DNA of 60,961 bases, filler included, from Globobulimina sp. (Eukaryota), in the NCBI GenBank assembly GCA_003354225.1. It is 16 parts of 16 records of this genome, joined end to end, with 100 filler letters (N's around TTAATTAATTAA, not from the genome) between each part and the next. Parts side by side here need not be neighbours in the genome. Positions count along the whole stretch, not along the records: positions 22,915 to 26,632 come from PIVH01002213.1; positions 26,733 to 30,449 come from PIVH01002214.1; positions 30,550 to 34,265 come from PIVH01002215.1; positions 34,366 to 38,081 come from PIVH01002216.1; 12 more parts are not named here. One strand, 5' to 3'. Position 1 is the first letter of the stretch; each line of letters starts with the position of its first letter. Below are positions 23,683 to 36,292 of the stretch, piece by piece. The notes beneath the pieces were generated by a model. That model was not told where the DNA came from. It saw only the letters and a list, made by a program, of their open reading frames with translations, and did not search any database. The position numbers and the translations under genes were made by a program.

Positions 23683-24167
23683 ATCCTATACTAATAATTC
23701 TATCCTATGCTAATACTACCCTAAAATAATATTTTTTGTTGCTTTTTTGTATGTTATTTATTACAGTTGGCATATATGGCAAGAAACGCGTAATACGTAC
23801 CGCAAACCTTAAAGTAAATACCATTAATTTGCAAACACAATATGGACAATAGAAACAATATACGGCCATATATGACAACGATACACTGTCAGATAGAAAC
23901 AATACAAATGGAAACAGTATTTGTAAAACTTGCGAATATGTGCAGTATATTGTTTCAGTTGTACATACAACCTTGTTTTAGATTTATTGCATGGCTATGA
24001 AATTTCTTGCCATATATTGCCAATAATTAATTAATTAAATTAATGATAATTTTTACAATAAATGATAGTGTCAAAAAATGCCCTTTTGTTTACAGCGTTG
24101 TTTATCACACAGTTTATTATTAAAAAAAAAGATACTAAAAAAGATTATTATAAAAACTTGTAACACA

Positions 24168-25643
24168 ATGGCAGCGGCATCAAAGTTGACCAGTTCTCAA
24201 TCCTCAAAATTGGCCAAAGGCATTGCGAAGCATTTCAAACACCACTCCGACCTCCCGATGAGATTGGATAAGTACTTGATGATGTACAGCGGCTTCTACA
24301 AATCAAAAGCAAATGAATTCATAACTTCGCCAAAGTTAAACCCCGAAAATTCTATAAATTTCAACTAACGAATAACGCATTGCATTAAAAGAACAGTGCC
24401 ATTCAAATTTATGATGAAAAGCAACAGAAAATCGATGAATTAAAACCAATCAAACACAACACATTAATTTATCCGCATGAAAGAATCATAATCGCCAATA
24501 AGAAACTGTCAGCTCCGATGCATCAATATTTTATGTTGTATAAACCCAAAGGAATGCGGGGCGATTTATATGAGAACCAATTTGAAAACCGGGCAATCTC
24601 CAAATGGGTACAATTTATAGCTAATAAATCCGAAAAGAATCAAAATTTGTATCGTTTGCGATTGGTTGGCCGATTAGATATTGATTGTTTGGGATTATTA
24701 TTATGTACAAATGATGGCATTTTGACAGATTTATTAAAATCTCCGACCATCGGAATCGAGCGGACGTACCGCTGTGATATTTCGCGCAATCATCACGAGA
24801 ATAAATTTAGTAATATTTGGACCTTACAAACAAAAGGGATGCAACTTCGAAAAGACATTGGATGGATTGATGCGGTTAAAATAAAAAATAAGGGCAGATT
24901 GGACAGTGTTGATACATTGGTATTGGACAAAATTGATATTAATGATGAATTGGAACAAAATGAAATTAAAAAAGATAAGATCATGGAACAGAAAATTGCG
25001 GAATTGAAGGTAAAAAATGCAGGAGATATCCCATTAAAAAAGGAATTGGGCCATGATGTGTTGGATGATGCAGAAATAAACGAAAACGATTTAGGTATTT
25101 TTGTTTTATATGTTTCATGTTTCATGTTTCAATGTGTTGTATTTTTTATAATTGCAAGTGAATGAGGATGAGGTTGAAGGGATAAAAGGGAGCGATAAAT
25201 ATTACAGAAAGTATTTGCGTTCACTTAAAAGACAGACTCGATGGGACATAACAATTAAGTTTGGACAGCATAAGGTTATGAAGAGAATGATAAAGAACTT
25301 AGGATTTACTGTGGAGAACATTGAGCGTATTGGATATGGCCCTTTTTTGATAGGTGAGGATGGCAAAGACTTTAAACATTGGAATGTTGTGGGAGAGGAT
25401 GGAGTGTTGAGGTTTTTTGATGAAGGGAAGGAAGAGGATTTGGATGAGAATATATACAAAAAGTTATATGAGAACAATTGTGTGGAATTGAATTCGATGC
25501 AAGTGGACAAGTTATGGGAAGTTGTGGGTGGTGCTAATGTTGGAGTGATTGCGCGATTACAGAGTTTGTTTGAAAGAGCAAATAAATTGAATGATACACA
25601 GTTTATGGATTGGTTAAGAAACGAGTATCAAATCAAGATTTAA
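24168..25643 (+). CDS. RsuA/RluB/E/F-family pseudouridine synthase
   Basis: MRLDKYL (S4-like); YFMLYKPKG; VGRLDIDCLGLLLCTNDG (catalytic Asp); GQHKVMKRM...IERIGYGP; introns near 24335-24397 and 25094-25158. Confidence 0.85.
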
Positions 25644-25900
25644 ATATATTTCGCAGTTTATGTAATTGTGCATCAAAGAACTTACAAGATTTGTTATGTT
25701 CTGTCAATTTATATCAGTTTACGTTTGTGCACCAAGTGATTAGTACAAAATGAAAACTTGGACGTTTCCATAACATTTATTAATAATTAAATGATTTTGA
25801 TGCAAGTTAAACAAAACAAAACAAAACAAGGAGTAATGTCATATTAAAATGTAAGTTTCCATATATAACATAAATTAGATAATAGTTCAAATGGATATTA

Positions 25901-26590
25901 TTAGGTTTCATTTCCGAACTGATATACGAGTAAATTCATGGCACACACAGAAAATGCAATGCCTGTAACCTCTGTACCAATGTTAAACACACTGATGTTA
26001 TGAACCCATTCATCGTGCTTCTTAGCATATTGATATTGATATTCCATGTTAACGCGATAAACACCAAAGAAAAATATTGTTGAGCTAAATAAAACAACAG
26101 ATATAAAATTCATATTATTGTACAATAAATATGCTAAATTACCAAAAACTATATACAAAAATCCCCCAAACATATGGACTGTCGCTAAACAGCAATTCCA
26201 ATTTTTCGAAAATGATGGAGATCCATAAGCTTCTACGTGCCCAACAAGTATACCACCAATGCATGCAAATAGCAATGAATATATAGCAATTATTTGTTGT
26301 TGATTGTGTTTATTGGTTAAATCGTATAATTTAATTATTACAACGGATACGCCCAAAATGGAGCCACTGCTCATTAATATTGAATGCCATTTGTTTACTG
26401 ATGATCCTCTAATATGACTAATGTGTGATATTGAATTCCACGGAGTTGCAGAATCTGTCTTAATCGTTGCTGCCACATAATTAGAATTTGATCCCCGTAA
26501 TACTTTATATTTGACTGTGTGTTGACATAAAGCCCTGGAAAATAATAAAATATGCAAAACAAATAGAAAATATGTAATTGACAACGACAT
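25901..26590 (-). CDS. Multi-pass membrane protein, possibly Frag1/DRAM/Sfk1-like
   Basis: Hydrophobic N-terminus and about 5 further TM segments; NSISH, VHMFGG and a TM6 Glu fit the family loosely. Confidence 0.5.
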   Translation of the reverse strand: MSLSITYFLFVLHILLFSRALCQHTVKYKVLRGSNSNYVAATIKTDSATPWNSISHISHIRGSSVNKWHSILMSSGSILGVSVVIIKLYDLTNKHNQQQIIAIYSLLFACIGGILVGHVEAYGSPSFSKNWNCCLATVHMFGGFLYIVFGNLAYLLYNNMNFISVVLFSSTIFFFGVYRVNMEYQYQYAKKHDEWVHNISVFNIGTEVTGIAFSVCAMNLLVYQFGNET

Positions 26591-26732
26591 TGATAAATAA
26601 GCTAATACATGATATGCGTTTCTGGTGTTAAANNNNNNNNNNNNNNNNNNNNNNNNNNNNNNNNNNNNNNNNNNNNTTAATTAATTAANNNNNNNNNNNN
26701 NNNNNNNNNNNNNNNNNNNNNNNNNNNNNNNN

Positions 26733-27302
26733 ATTATGGGGAGCTGTCCAAATATGGAATAATGGTTCATAAAAAAGGGTTAATTGCTCGGTTTTTTCAA
26801 GATGGCATTGCGACATTACTTTTTTTTTAAAGGACGGTAATATTAAGGTTATTAATTCTGAGATCACACGGTTTCATGATAATGGATATGATATTGAATT
26901 TAAAAATGGTTCAACGCAACGTTTTGATGCAGTGGTGCTTGCCACTGGATATCATATGTTTAATTCACATAAATATTGGTTGGAAAAGGAAGCTCAAAAA
27001 CTTATTGGTTTTGGTAGGCAGGGATTGAAGGATTGTACCTTTTTGGTAGGCAGGGATTGAAGGATAATAAAATTAATACAGGGAGTAATTTTAAGCAATG
27101 TGGATTGCAAACTTTATGGTATGTCTGGGGTAACCTTTTTATGATTAAGCATGCCTCAAAAATGTGTGTTACTAAAATATCTGATCAGATTAGAAAAGAT
27201 AACAAATATAAACGTCAAAATATTTGGTTTTGGGTGAAACAGATTTTTAAACATATTGTTGCTCTGATGTTTATCATAAATGTTTGGTATTGGTACAAAT
27301 AA
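26733..27302 (+). pseudogene. Flavin-containing monooxygenase (YUCCA-like) C-terminal part, frameshifted
   Basis: YGELSKYG...KDGNIKVI...IEFKNGSTQRFDAVVLATGY; frame break at T-run about 26820-26828; 25-bp duplication at 27009-27033/27041-27065. Confidence 0.7.
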
Positions 27303-27615
27303 AAATATAAAAATTAATTGTTTGAGATAAAAATTAAAATAATACTTTATACATTTTATTTGTGATTTGTTCATTGAGATGGATTGTATGCACGAAAATG
27401 CAGACAAAGCATTGTCCTTCGCCATGCATGTATTGTTGTTATGTGTGTTCACGACTCATAAATTGTTGACAACAGCAAAGTTTTCGAGAGAAGATGTATG
27501 CAATCATTTATTTCATGTTTTCTTGGTGAATATTAACGTACATCAACAAAAACTAATATACTGACTGTGGTGTATATTTCTGTTTAGATTAAAACTGCAA
27601 ATAATTATGAAGTAA

Positions 27616-30449
27616 TTAAAACTGCAAACTCAACAAATACTTTTTCTTAAATTTATTGCTTGCTTTGTTATTGCAATCTTTATCTTTCTTTCTTTTAAAA
27701 TACGATCTTCGTTTTGAATGTTTCTTTGCGTTCCATCGACAAAGTTTATTTTTATCATTTTTATATTTTCTATGCTTATGTCGAATATCACCAAAAATGT
27801 AACCTTTTCGATAATTATGTTTACTTTGATTATAATTCATTGCAGTTTCAACCAAATTGTTATTCCATCCAAAATTAATTTCCTCCTCTTTTTCTCGCTG
27901 TAGTTTTATTTTACACTTTCTTTGTTCCACAACATCAAAACATTTCGTACAAATAAATTTATTGCAATTTTCACAGCATATTATGAGTGATTCGAATTGG
28001 TATATTGAAATATAATCAAATCCACATTCATCACACATTTCATTCCGTATAATGCAAACATAGCAAACTGTTTGACCTCTGATTGAGTTTCCTTTTATTT
28101 CTCGACGGCAACAACCATTGAACACATAGCATGATTCCAAAATTCTATTATTATTACATTCTCCACAAAAAAATCTTCGATATTCACCAAATATTGCTTC
28201 AAAATATTGTACATTTATAATAATTTGCTGTTTACTTAATTCATCCATATTTATTTTATATTGATAAATTTTATTTCCTTCAAGATCTTGTTTGTTATTC
28301 AATATTTCTGAAATGGATCCAATATGAATATCTTTTTTGCATTTTTTATTGCCACATTTAACCAAATAGCCACTCGAATATTGAACAATAATATTAATTA
28401 TATCTACATTGATGGTATGTGGTACTGAATAAATCAATGGATTGCGAATTCTCTCGATATTGATTTCCATTTCACATTTGCTACAAATTAATTGTTCATA
28501 AATACCACATTTTGAACAAAATAATTTCTCACATATTTTGCATTGAATAGGTATTTGATTTCCATCCATACTCTCTGATATATCAAGTTTTGTTGTTGCT
28601 CTCCGATAACAAAAAGAGCAACAAATATGATTTAAACAATATTTTGTTGAATCAAGATTTGAACATAACTCACAATAAAAGAAAGCACGCAAATATTTTC
28701 CATGACAGTCGGCACAAATAAATCGATAATAATTTCCATAGATTTTTTTGAGTGAATTGATATTTTTTTCATTGATTTATAAACAATTGGACCAATTGGA
28801 AAATCAGAATTGTGTTTATAGCGTCGACGCCGTTTGCAATGTTGCATTGATAATAAATCAAACTTTGTAGCAATAAATATTTCATTTTTACACGGAGAAA
28901 ATTCTTTGATTTCATGAAATTGCTTCGGTGGTTGATATCTTTCACATTGCAATTGATTGATTTGACATTGTACACTAACTCCAAATGAATACTTAGCAAT
29001 TAATTCTGAAATAAACTGAGATTTTCTAATTTCTTCATCAATATTACTTTGTTTTATTGCTTGTAGAACAGACGTTGTTTCATTTTGGACATGACATTTT
29101 TTACACATTTTATTAACATCACACTGTTCACACAAATAAATCTCACATTTTGTGCATGTCCCAATATGAAATCGACGGCAATCTCGACAATGCAAAGCTA
29201 GTTTGCATGTTCCACAAATTAGATGATTGTCACAAAATGGTTTTATATCATAATTTGAACAACAACATACATTCGAACAATGTCGCAGTTTGTTTTGACG
29301 CAGACATTCATCACAAAATATCCGCATCTCACTAATTTCATCTTTTTTCCCCGGCTGTAGTCTTACACCATACATATAACATTTTTTCCCGTTGGAATCC
29401 CATTTATATTTGTCATTGACATCAATACGCTTTGCAAAAAATACCTCATTTTCGCATTCTTCAAAATTACAACATGGATAAACTATGCCGACAGCAAATT
29501 GAACAATGATATCAACAGTAATTTGGTGAAATTGATGTTTTTGGACCAATGAAGAATTAGAAATTGAGCGAAACAGTAAAACGTATTCTCCACATTGAAT
29601 ACAATAAAAAATACCTGCATTTGAATTACATTTATTACATAGAGTACAACAACGCAGTTTACATCGCATACAGTTTGTATAATTGTCGTTATAAAAAGCA
29701 CCGATATTATCACATCTTTCCGATAATTTATTAATATCAACATAATGAACTATTGTATGAGTGTATAGCTTATCAACGCCATCTGAAAAATCATTCGTTT
29801 CAATGTTCATTTCCTTTAATTCATGATGTTGCAGATAATAAACAATTAAAGTTCCGTTGTATTGTAAATTATTGACTACAACTTCGGCAATTATCCACTG
29901 ATTCAAAGTTGTACGACTTCGCCAATCGATTTTATCACCGACTTTGAGGGATTGTATCCATTTTGGGATTGAGCGCGTTTGTGTTGCAATTGTTTTTGTA
30001 CTATTTGCTGTGTAATTTGCTGTTTTTGATATTTTGTGAGTTCCGATTGGTGCTATTAATTGTTGTAAGTGTTGTAATTTTATCTCATTATCATCCACTT
30101 CAAAATGCATTGTTTTTAGATCTTCAATTCGAATAAAAAGCATTCTTTTTGAATTTCTACAAGTATTCATTATAACTTTTCCTATGTTCCATTGATTGCA
30201 TACCTCATCATAAATATTAATCAAATCTAATATTTTGAGCTTAGACAACCACTCTTGAAATGGAAGCAATTTATAATTACAGTTAGCATTTTGTTGTATT
30301 GCAATTAATTTTTGTATGCGATCTAATTGAGGAAAAGAATAAGTTTTCAATTCCAATCCCAACGCTAAAACAGTTTGCAATGCATTGAATACAGAATTTT
30401 TAATTTCTTTTTTTCTTTGTTTCTCATAAACACTCAAACTTTCTTTTAT
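27616..30449 (-). CDS. Large Cys-rich repeat protein split by a frameshift, 5'-partial
   Basis: Three units with 'I..Y/F..G..V.C' followed by 'R.FC.EC' and many CxxC; overlapping ORFs switch frame near A-runs at 28743-28769. Confidence 0.65.
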
Positions 30450-31110
30450 NNNNNNNNNNNNNNNNNNNNNNNNNNNNNNNNNNNNNNNNNNNNTTAATTA
30501 ATTAANNNNNNNNNNNNNNNNNNNNNNNNNNNNNNNNNNNNNNNNNNNNATAAAAATCTAAATAAAAAAGTCTTTACTCAAATATCGATATTTTGATGAA
30601 AATTTCAAAATGAAAGAAAAAAGAAACAAGTCATAAGACAAGTATTTTAAATCTGTTTTATTTCAAACTCTAAGTGTCTTTAACACATGGATGAGCACTG
30701 ATTCAACACATTCATGATTTTACGCAGTCATTTAACTGCAATATTGCTATTTTTGCCTGTATATTGCCTTGAGTTTGTACACTCATAAACAGAAATATAA
30801 ATATGTAGTTTTGGAAACACTAATACCAAAAGTGGACATCGAAACTAAGTCACACATAATGTTGACGTATACACGTGGACGTACTCACCACACCAATCCA
30901 TCAAACAATCAATAAGAATACACAAACTATGCGACTGCTATATTTTGAAAATCTCTTCACTTCACTCTCGCTCCGCTCGACCATGGCACCCTGCCATTTC
31001 TAAAAACAGAGCACACAACAAATCTAAAAACAGAGCGTACAAAGAAGTGACAACGGAATAAATCACAAACAACATCCTAGCCCAAACAAACCACAAACAA
31101 ACCCCGAAAC

Positions 31111-31942
31111 ATGAAACCACAAACAAACCTCGAAACCGTCTACTCACTCCACGGAACCTACTCAAAAGCAAGTCAAGACATATTCGACAAAGATCCCATA
31201 CAAAAACGGCTATTGGCAGGAACCCAATATCCTCACCGGAGATTACAAAAAAGCATACGCGCCACATTACCTACCCACCGACCCGTACCAGCCACACAAA
31301 ACCAAAACAGTCAAAGAAATAATATCATCTATCAACGCCAATCAAGAGAACCTATTAAACGTCATCAGACACGGGAATAGGATAAACGAGGCACTGCAGC
31401 AGAATAATCACAGACTACGCAAAGAAATGCGACACAAAATAAATACCATTGCCAATCTGGCGCAAAGAGTACAGACATTGGAGACAACGGAAAAACGAAT
31501 GGAATACATGGTCAATTGGCTGTTCAATGCGGCAGAGTCCGACAAAAAGCCATCGAAAGACCCGCCTCATCTCCGACTTCATCAAACTGCGATTGAAAAT
31601 GTGCATAAATTATGCGAAACAGAAGCAAAGTTGGAATTGGAAAATAATATCAACGAATTCGGAATCGCAACGCACACCATAATATTTAAAAAGAAAATTC
31701 AAAAGACGACAGAAGAGCAAAAGACCTTTGCACCAAACCAAAGTAAAATATTTGGAAAAAAAAGATTCGACCCCAACGACAGTAAATATAGTTATTTATG
31801 GAATCAGAAAACGGACAGCGGAAGAGCGTTCGTCACACGGAATGATCGGGAAAAAATGAAAACATACGCGCCAAATATTGCTCGGAAAAAAAAAGAGAAA
31901 AAAAAGAAGAGAAAAGCTCGGTGTCAAATCGAGCCTCTTTAA
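31111..31942 (+). CDS. Hypothetical coiled-coil protein, probably frameshifted near 5' end
   Basis: The frame of ORF 31427..31942 stays open upstream to about 31115; no introns; strong A/C strand bias. Confidence 0.35.
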
Positions 31943-32173
31943 ACCCTGAACTTAGCAACCATCATGGTAGCCAACTAAACACGCTTGTGTATACTATATT
32001 TGCACATATCTTGGTAGACTATTGGCAGCACCACATTATAACAGTGGTTGCGTCATCCGGGAAACCGTTGCAATTGAAGAGAACACAAACCATACACACG
32101 CACACGAACCTTCACATTAGAGCCACACCGTACACGAGAAACAAAACCAAGAAAAACAACGTCCGAACGACGA

Positions 32174-32816
32174 ATGGCACAATATGACCACAGAGAAGAG
32201 AAAGCTCATGAAGACCACCACGCCGAACAAATGTATCCCGTATTGGCTGTGGATATGGACGAACATCAGGCAGAGATGGACCATATTACCCCAGGAGACG
32301 ACAATGCTGCGGCGACGATATTGGCGGCCTTAGAATTACTCACTGAGAATTTGCGAACGCAGCCAATTGACGGCGAAGCAGAACGCATCTCGGTAGTCCG
32401 AGGCATGGTCAAAGCCATGGATTTCGTGAATCAGCATTGTGGGATTAGACGACACGTCAAGGCTCCGACCACAGGACCTCCATGTGAGGAAGTGCATATC
32501 GCAGATTGGGTCGAGCGACTACACCAGGAGAAGAAGGCCGGTAAAGAGATCGACGTGGCCTGTCCTGTGTGTTTGGTGGATTTTGTGGAAGAACCCTCAT
32601 TTTTTGTGTACGAAGGGCATATGTCTTAAGTGTATCTTAAATAGGGTTGAGGTGACCTCTGTGAGGAACTGCCCTCTATGTCGAATGGCATTGCATTTAA
32701 TGGATAGGACCGAGGCCTTATTGGTGGGCCATGACTACAGAGAACCGGCAAAAGCAGGCATCGCCGCCTACGATCGAAGGTGCCTCGAAACCAAGACCAT
32801 TCGATGGGAGGAGTGA
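32174..32816 (+). pseudogene. RING-finger protein split by a frameshift
   Basis: CPVC in ORF 32174..32629 continues as CTKGICLKC...CPLCR in ORF 32439..32816; switch near T-run at about 32600. Confidence 0.6.
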
Positions 32817-33692
32817 TGCTATCATCCGGATTGATATCTATAATTTGCTTATATATTTCCCCTAATTTATCACATCTATCACCATACACATTCATCATAT
32901 AAAAGGCATAACTTCGCAATACATTGCATTGCTGCTCCACTTCCTTTATCACACGGCAAATCCAATACAATTTTGATCCATTTTTCATATTCCACAAATC
33001 TGTCATTGAGTGAATTTTTCTTACATTTTTCCAAATAATACTTCGCTTTTCTCCAATGTTCACCTTTAATCGCCAATCTCGCTGCTCTGTAACTCATAGC
33101 ACATATCACTGCGTTCTTAATATATTTACCCTTTTCTGAGTTTTCATAACACCCCACATTAGCACATGCGCCACAAAACAAAAACGAGGGATGCGTTCTT
33201 TTGTCAATCGGAATCAATGCAAACTCATTCCACATTTTAATATTGCCTTTGAGTTTATCCATGGCACCGCTATTGTTCACAATCCCTCCTTCCAATAAAT
33301 AATGTTTTAATCTGATCAATTCAGTTCTTCGCAATTTAGCAGGACTTGGATATGTGCATATCACTTATCGGAATAGTACATTTGATATTGACTGTATGGA
33401 ATCGCATTATTAAATATATTCTTCGAGTCAATAACGCAATATCAAATGTACCTCCATGTTTTAATGATATTGTACAGAATCTCTTTCTAAACGTTTTGAA
33501 ATATCTTGACTGTTTATATATCCACCCTTCAAATGGGGAAGGCATGGGCAATTCAATGTCACTCTTGGTTTCGTTTTCCTGCATTGCTACGGTTGCGATA
33601 TCAGTAAATCCATCAGTGTCAATATCGGATTCAGGATCATCTGTAGGGTGAGATTCAAACGTAGGTTCAAGTGTTATTGGAATAGCTTCCAT
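32817..33692 (-). pseudogene. PH-domain plus TPR-like protein, frameshifted and 3'-truncated
   Basis: FEGWIYKQSRYFKTFRKRFC (PH beta1-2); intron 33364-33451; frame change near 32950; YKQIIDINPDD then runs into the RING ORF. Confidence 0.5.
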
Positions 33693-33778
33693 GTTTTAAG
33701 GCCAAAAAACTAGGTCAGTTATTCTCAAAAGTACACTCCGAAAATCCGAAATTGTTTTCAAACTTTAATTGGCACATC

Positions 33779-34265
33779 TTAATTAAGCATAGATTCCTTA
33801 TCAGCAATTTTGATCAAGTTAAACGGCGCACTAAACAGCCATATCGAGCTCCACACACCAAGACTAAAATATCCTGTCATCCACGGTGCATCACCATCCC
33901 AATTCGCAATATTTTGAGTGACTTGGTTACATTCCGTCAATCTATTGAAACCAACCACAAATCCATGATATTCCTTGTGCTTATTCTGGTCTTTAAAATA
34001 CCTCACCAAATACAATCCAAAGGCTTCATATCCCTGTTCAATGCCAATAATAATCATAATAACTCCAAATATCCAATATGAAGTGAGTGTGCTTGTTTTG
34101 TAACCCAATCTTTTCAATAATAATATCATACCAATGCCTGTTATTTCAAACAGAACCATCCATAAAAACTGTTCAACTACTGCAAACAAATTATTTTCAG
34201 TGATTAAATTTGCCCAAGAATTACACTCTGCAATGATTGCAATCACAATTACACTCAATCCCGCT
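33779..34265 (-). CDS. Uncharacterised membrane protein, 5'-partial
   Basis: IAECNSW...WMTGYFSLGVWSSIWL with several TM segments. Confidence 0.55.
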
Positions 34266-34365
34266 NNNNNNNNNNNNNNNNNNNNNNNNNNNNNNNNNNN
34301 NNNNNNNNNTTAATTAATTAANNNNNNNNNNNNNNNNNNNNNNNNNNNNNNNNNNNNNNNNNNNN

Positions 34366-34484
34366 CCAACCAATGTTGAATTTGCAGGCATTTCGCAGGC
34401 ATATTGCAGCTGCGTATCACTCAATATCCACAGCCATCGACTCATAATTGACGAAAGTACTCATAATACATAACTTTTTCCTTC
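34366..34484 (+). repeat. 119-bp terminal direct repeat, copy 1
   Basis: Identical to 37963-38081, the last 119 bp of the same contig. Confidence 0.95.
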
Positions 34485-34567
34485 ATTTTCTCTTTAAACA
34501 TTCCATAGAATTTTCGATTACTGGAATTGTTGCATTTGTCGATTGATATTATAAAAAAAGTACAAGT

Positions 34568-35272
34568 ATGGGTATTAAATCAGCATCGATTGCATTGATA
34601 TTATTAACTGCAATGTCTGTGTCAGCAGCCAGTGCAGTTCCGGCTGTTCCGCGAGAAGATCATCCCACAGACGCATTATCAGCAGCAGGCGAAGTCAAAT
34701 CTGCATTGGAACGGTTAAATACATTCAAAAACGAAATAGGGACCATTGAAAATACTGCACGCAGATTTTTTGGATCCAGTGTAGACACTGCAATAAAGAT
34801 GAAGGAGTTATCAACTTTATTGAAAAAAGTGGAAGCTCACACTCGAGTCACTTCAGATTCAGAAGGGGGAGAAGGAGAAGGAGAAGGAGAACGCCTAGGG
34901 GGTGGCGCCGGATTTGTGGAGACCTCTCGTCAAATGAGCAGTGATATGGACGTCTTTGCAACCACAAAGTTAAATTATTTGGAGGAGCAGCGGACGCAAA
35001 TATTGAACCCTTTGGACAATTTTTTAAAACGGAGTTATTTTCGGATTAAAGACAGATTAGTGAGATACGACAATGGTGGAAGACAAGAGAATGCTGAGAC
35101 ATTAGTGCAGGCGGTCGACACTGAAATAAACAGAAACGCAGAATTGCCACGGAAGTTTTGGAGTAGTTTAAAAGGTTGCAACCAGGAACTTATTCAACAA
35201 TTGGCCAGAGATACAACTGCAAGACGGCGGCCACAAGCATTTTCTCGAGGACAATCAGGAAGAGCTATGTGA
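34568..35272 (+). CDS. Secreted hypothetical helical protein
   Basis: Signal peptide MGIKSASIALILLTAMSVSA; intronless 234 aa; GE-repeat linker. Confidence 0.65.
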   Translation: MGIKSASIALILLTAMSVSAASAVPAVPREDHPTDALSAAGEVKSALERLNTFKNEIGTIENTARRFFGSSVDTAIKMKELSTLLKKVEAHTRVTSDSEGGEGEGEGERLGGGAGFVETSRQMSSDMDVFATTKLNYLEEQRTQILNPLDNFLKRSYFRIKDRLVRYDNGGRQENAETLVQAVDTEINRNAELPRKFWSSLKGCNQELIQQLARDTTARRRPQAFSRGQSGRAM

Positions 35273-35368
35273 AACAAACCTATGTGGTTCTAATATTAAT
35301 TCGTTTTTATTTTCATAATTTTTGTTTAGACTTATAACCCCAATTATAATTTGTTGTTTTGCTCTGGT

Positions 35369-36234
35369 TTATAAATACAACATTGCATAATACATTTGAT
35401 AATGGTAACCATTCCCAGCATAAAACATGTCTTTTAACATTGAAGTTTGGCCAATGTAGGAAATATCATAATTTTTGTTATACTCCAATTGAGTGCAATG
35501 GGTAACACAGGTTTCTGCGATAAGAAAGCGCCAGTTTTGAATGTGGTTAATGTGTAGATTGACGATGTGGTGCCTTGGGGGAATATTATGAGTGGAGGAA
35601 GATTGTCGTTGCATATATGGTCAATAATTTGTTGTTTTGCTCGGTTTCGCCCGTCCTTTCCATGCCGGTTTATAAATAATGTCTGCAATGCAATTAATAC
35701 TTGGCCAAAGAAAGGAATCTTTGCTAATTCAGCAGTTGCTGCAATAATACCATTGGTATAATATAATATTAACATGCCATCAAAAACTGTATGATGGTTC
35801 GCGACGATAATACGAGAATCGATGTTTTTGTTTTTGTTTAAATTTGTTATTGGAATGTTATAAAAGCCAAATATAAACAATATGGCACGCATAAACAATC
35901 GGATTAGTTTTGATGTTGCTTTTCGTTGAAATCTTAATTTCGAAGAAGGGATAGAAACAATGGCTCCGCTAATTACAATTATGATAAATAACAGCACCCG
36001 GATTAAAGCAATAGGTGCCATTATTACTCTTTTTGATAACTCGTAAAATGAGGGATTGCGCCTCTCAAACGGGTTTGGCCCGTTATATTTGGGAATTCGT
36101 GAATGGACTCTAACATTATATTCTTCCCAGGATTCAACAGTAAAATCCTGTTGGGTCTTTTTTGAGGTTGATTTGTATAATTCGATTGATACTACAATTA
36201 ATAACAGAGAAACATAAACCAAAAAGAGTGACAT
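35369..36234 (-). CDS. Lysophospholipid acyltransferase (LPCAT-like), frameshifted or truncated at 3' end
   Basis: IVANHHTVFD (HxxxxD); IFPQGTT; FKTGAF..PVLPI; the family-like continuation YNKNYDISY lies in another frame from about 35482. Confidence 0.75.
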
Positions 36235-36292
36235 TACCGAAAGCTAGGTAGTCAGTGAAGTGTATAATTTAACAAAAACATATACAAAGTGC

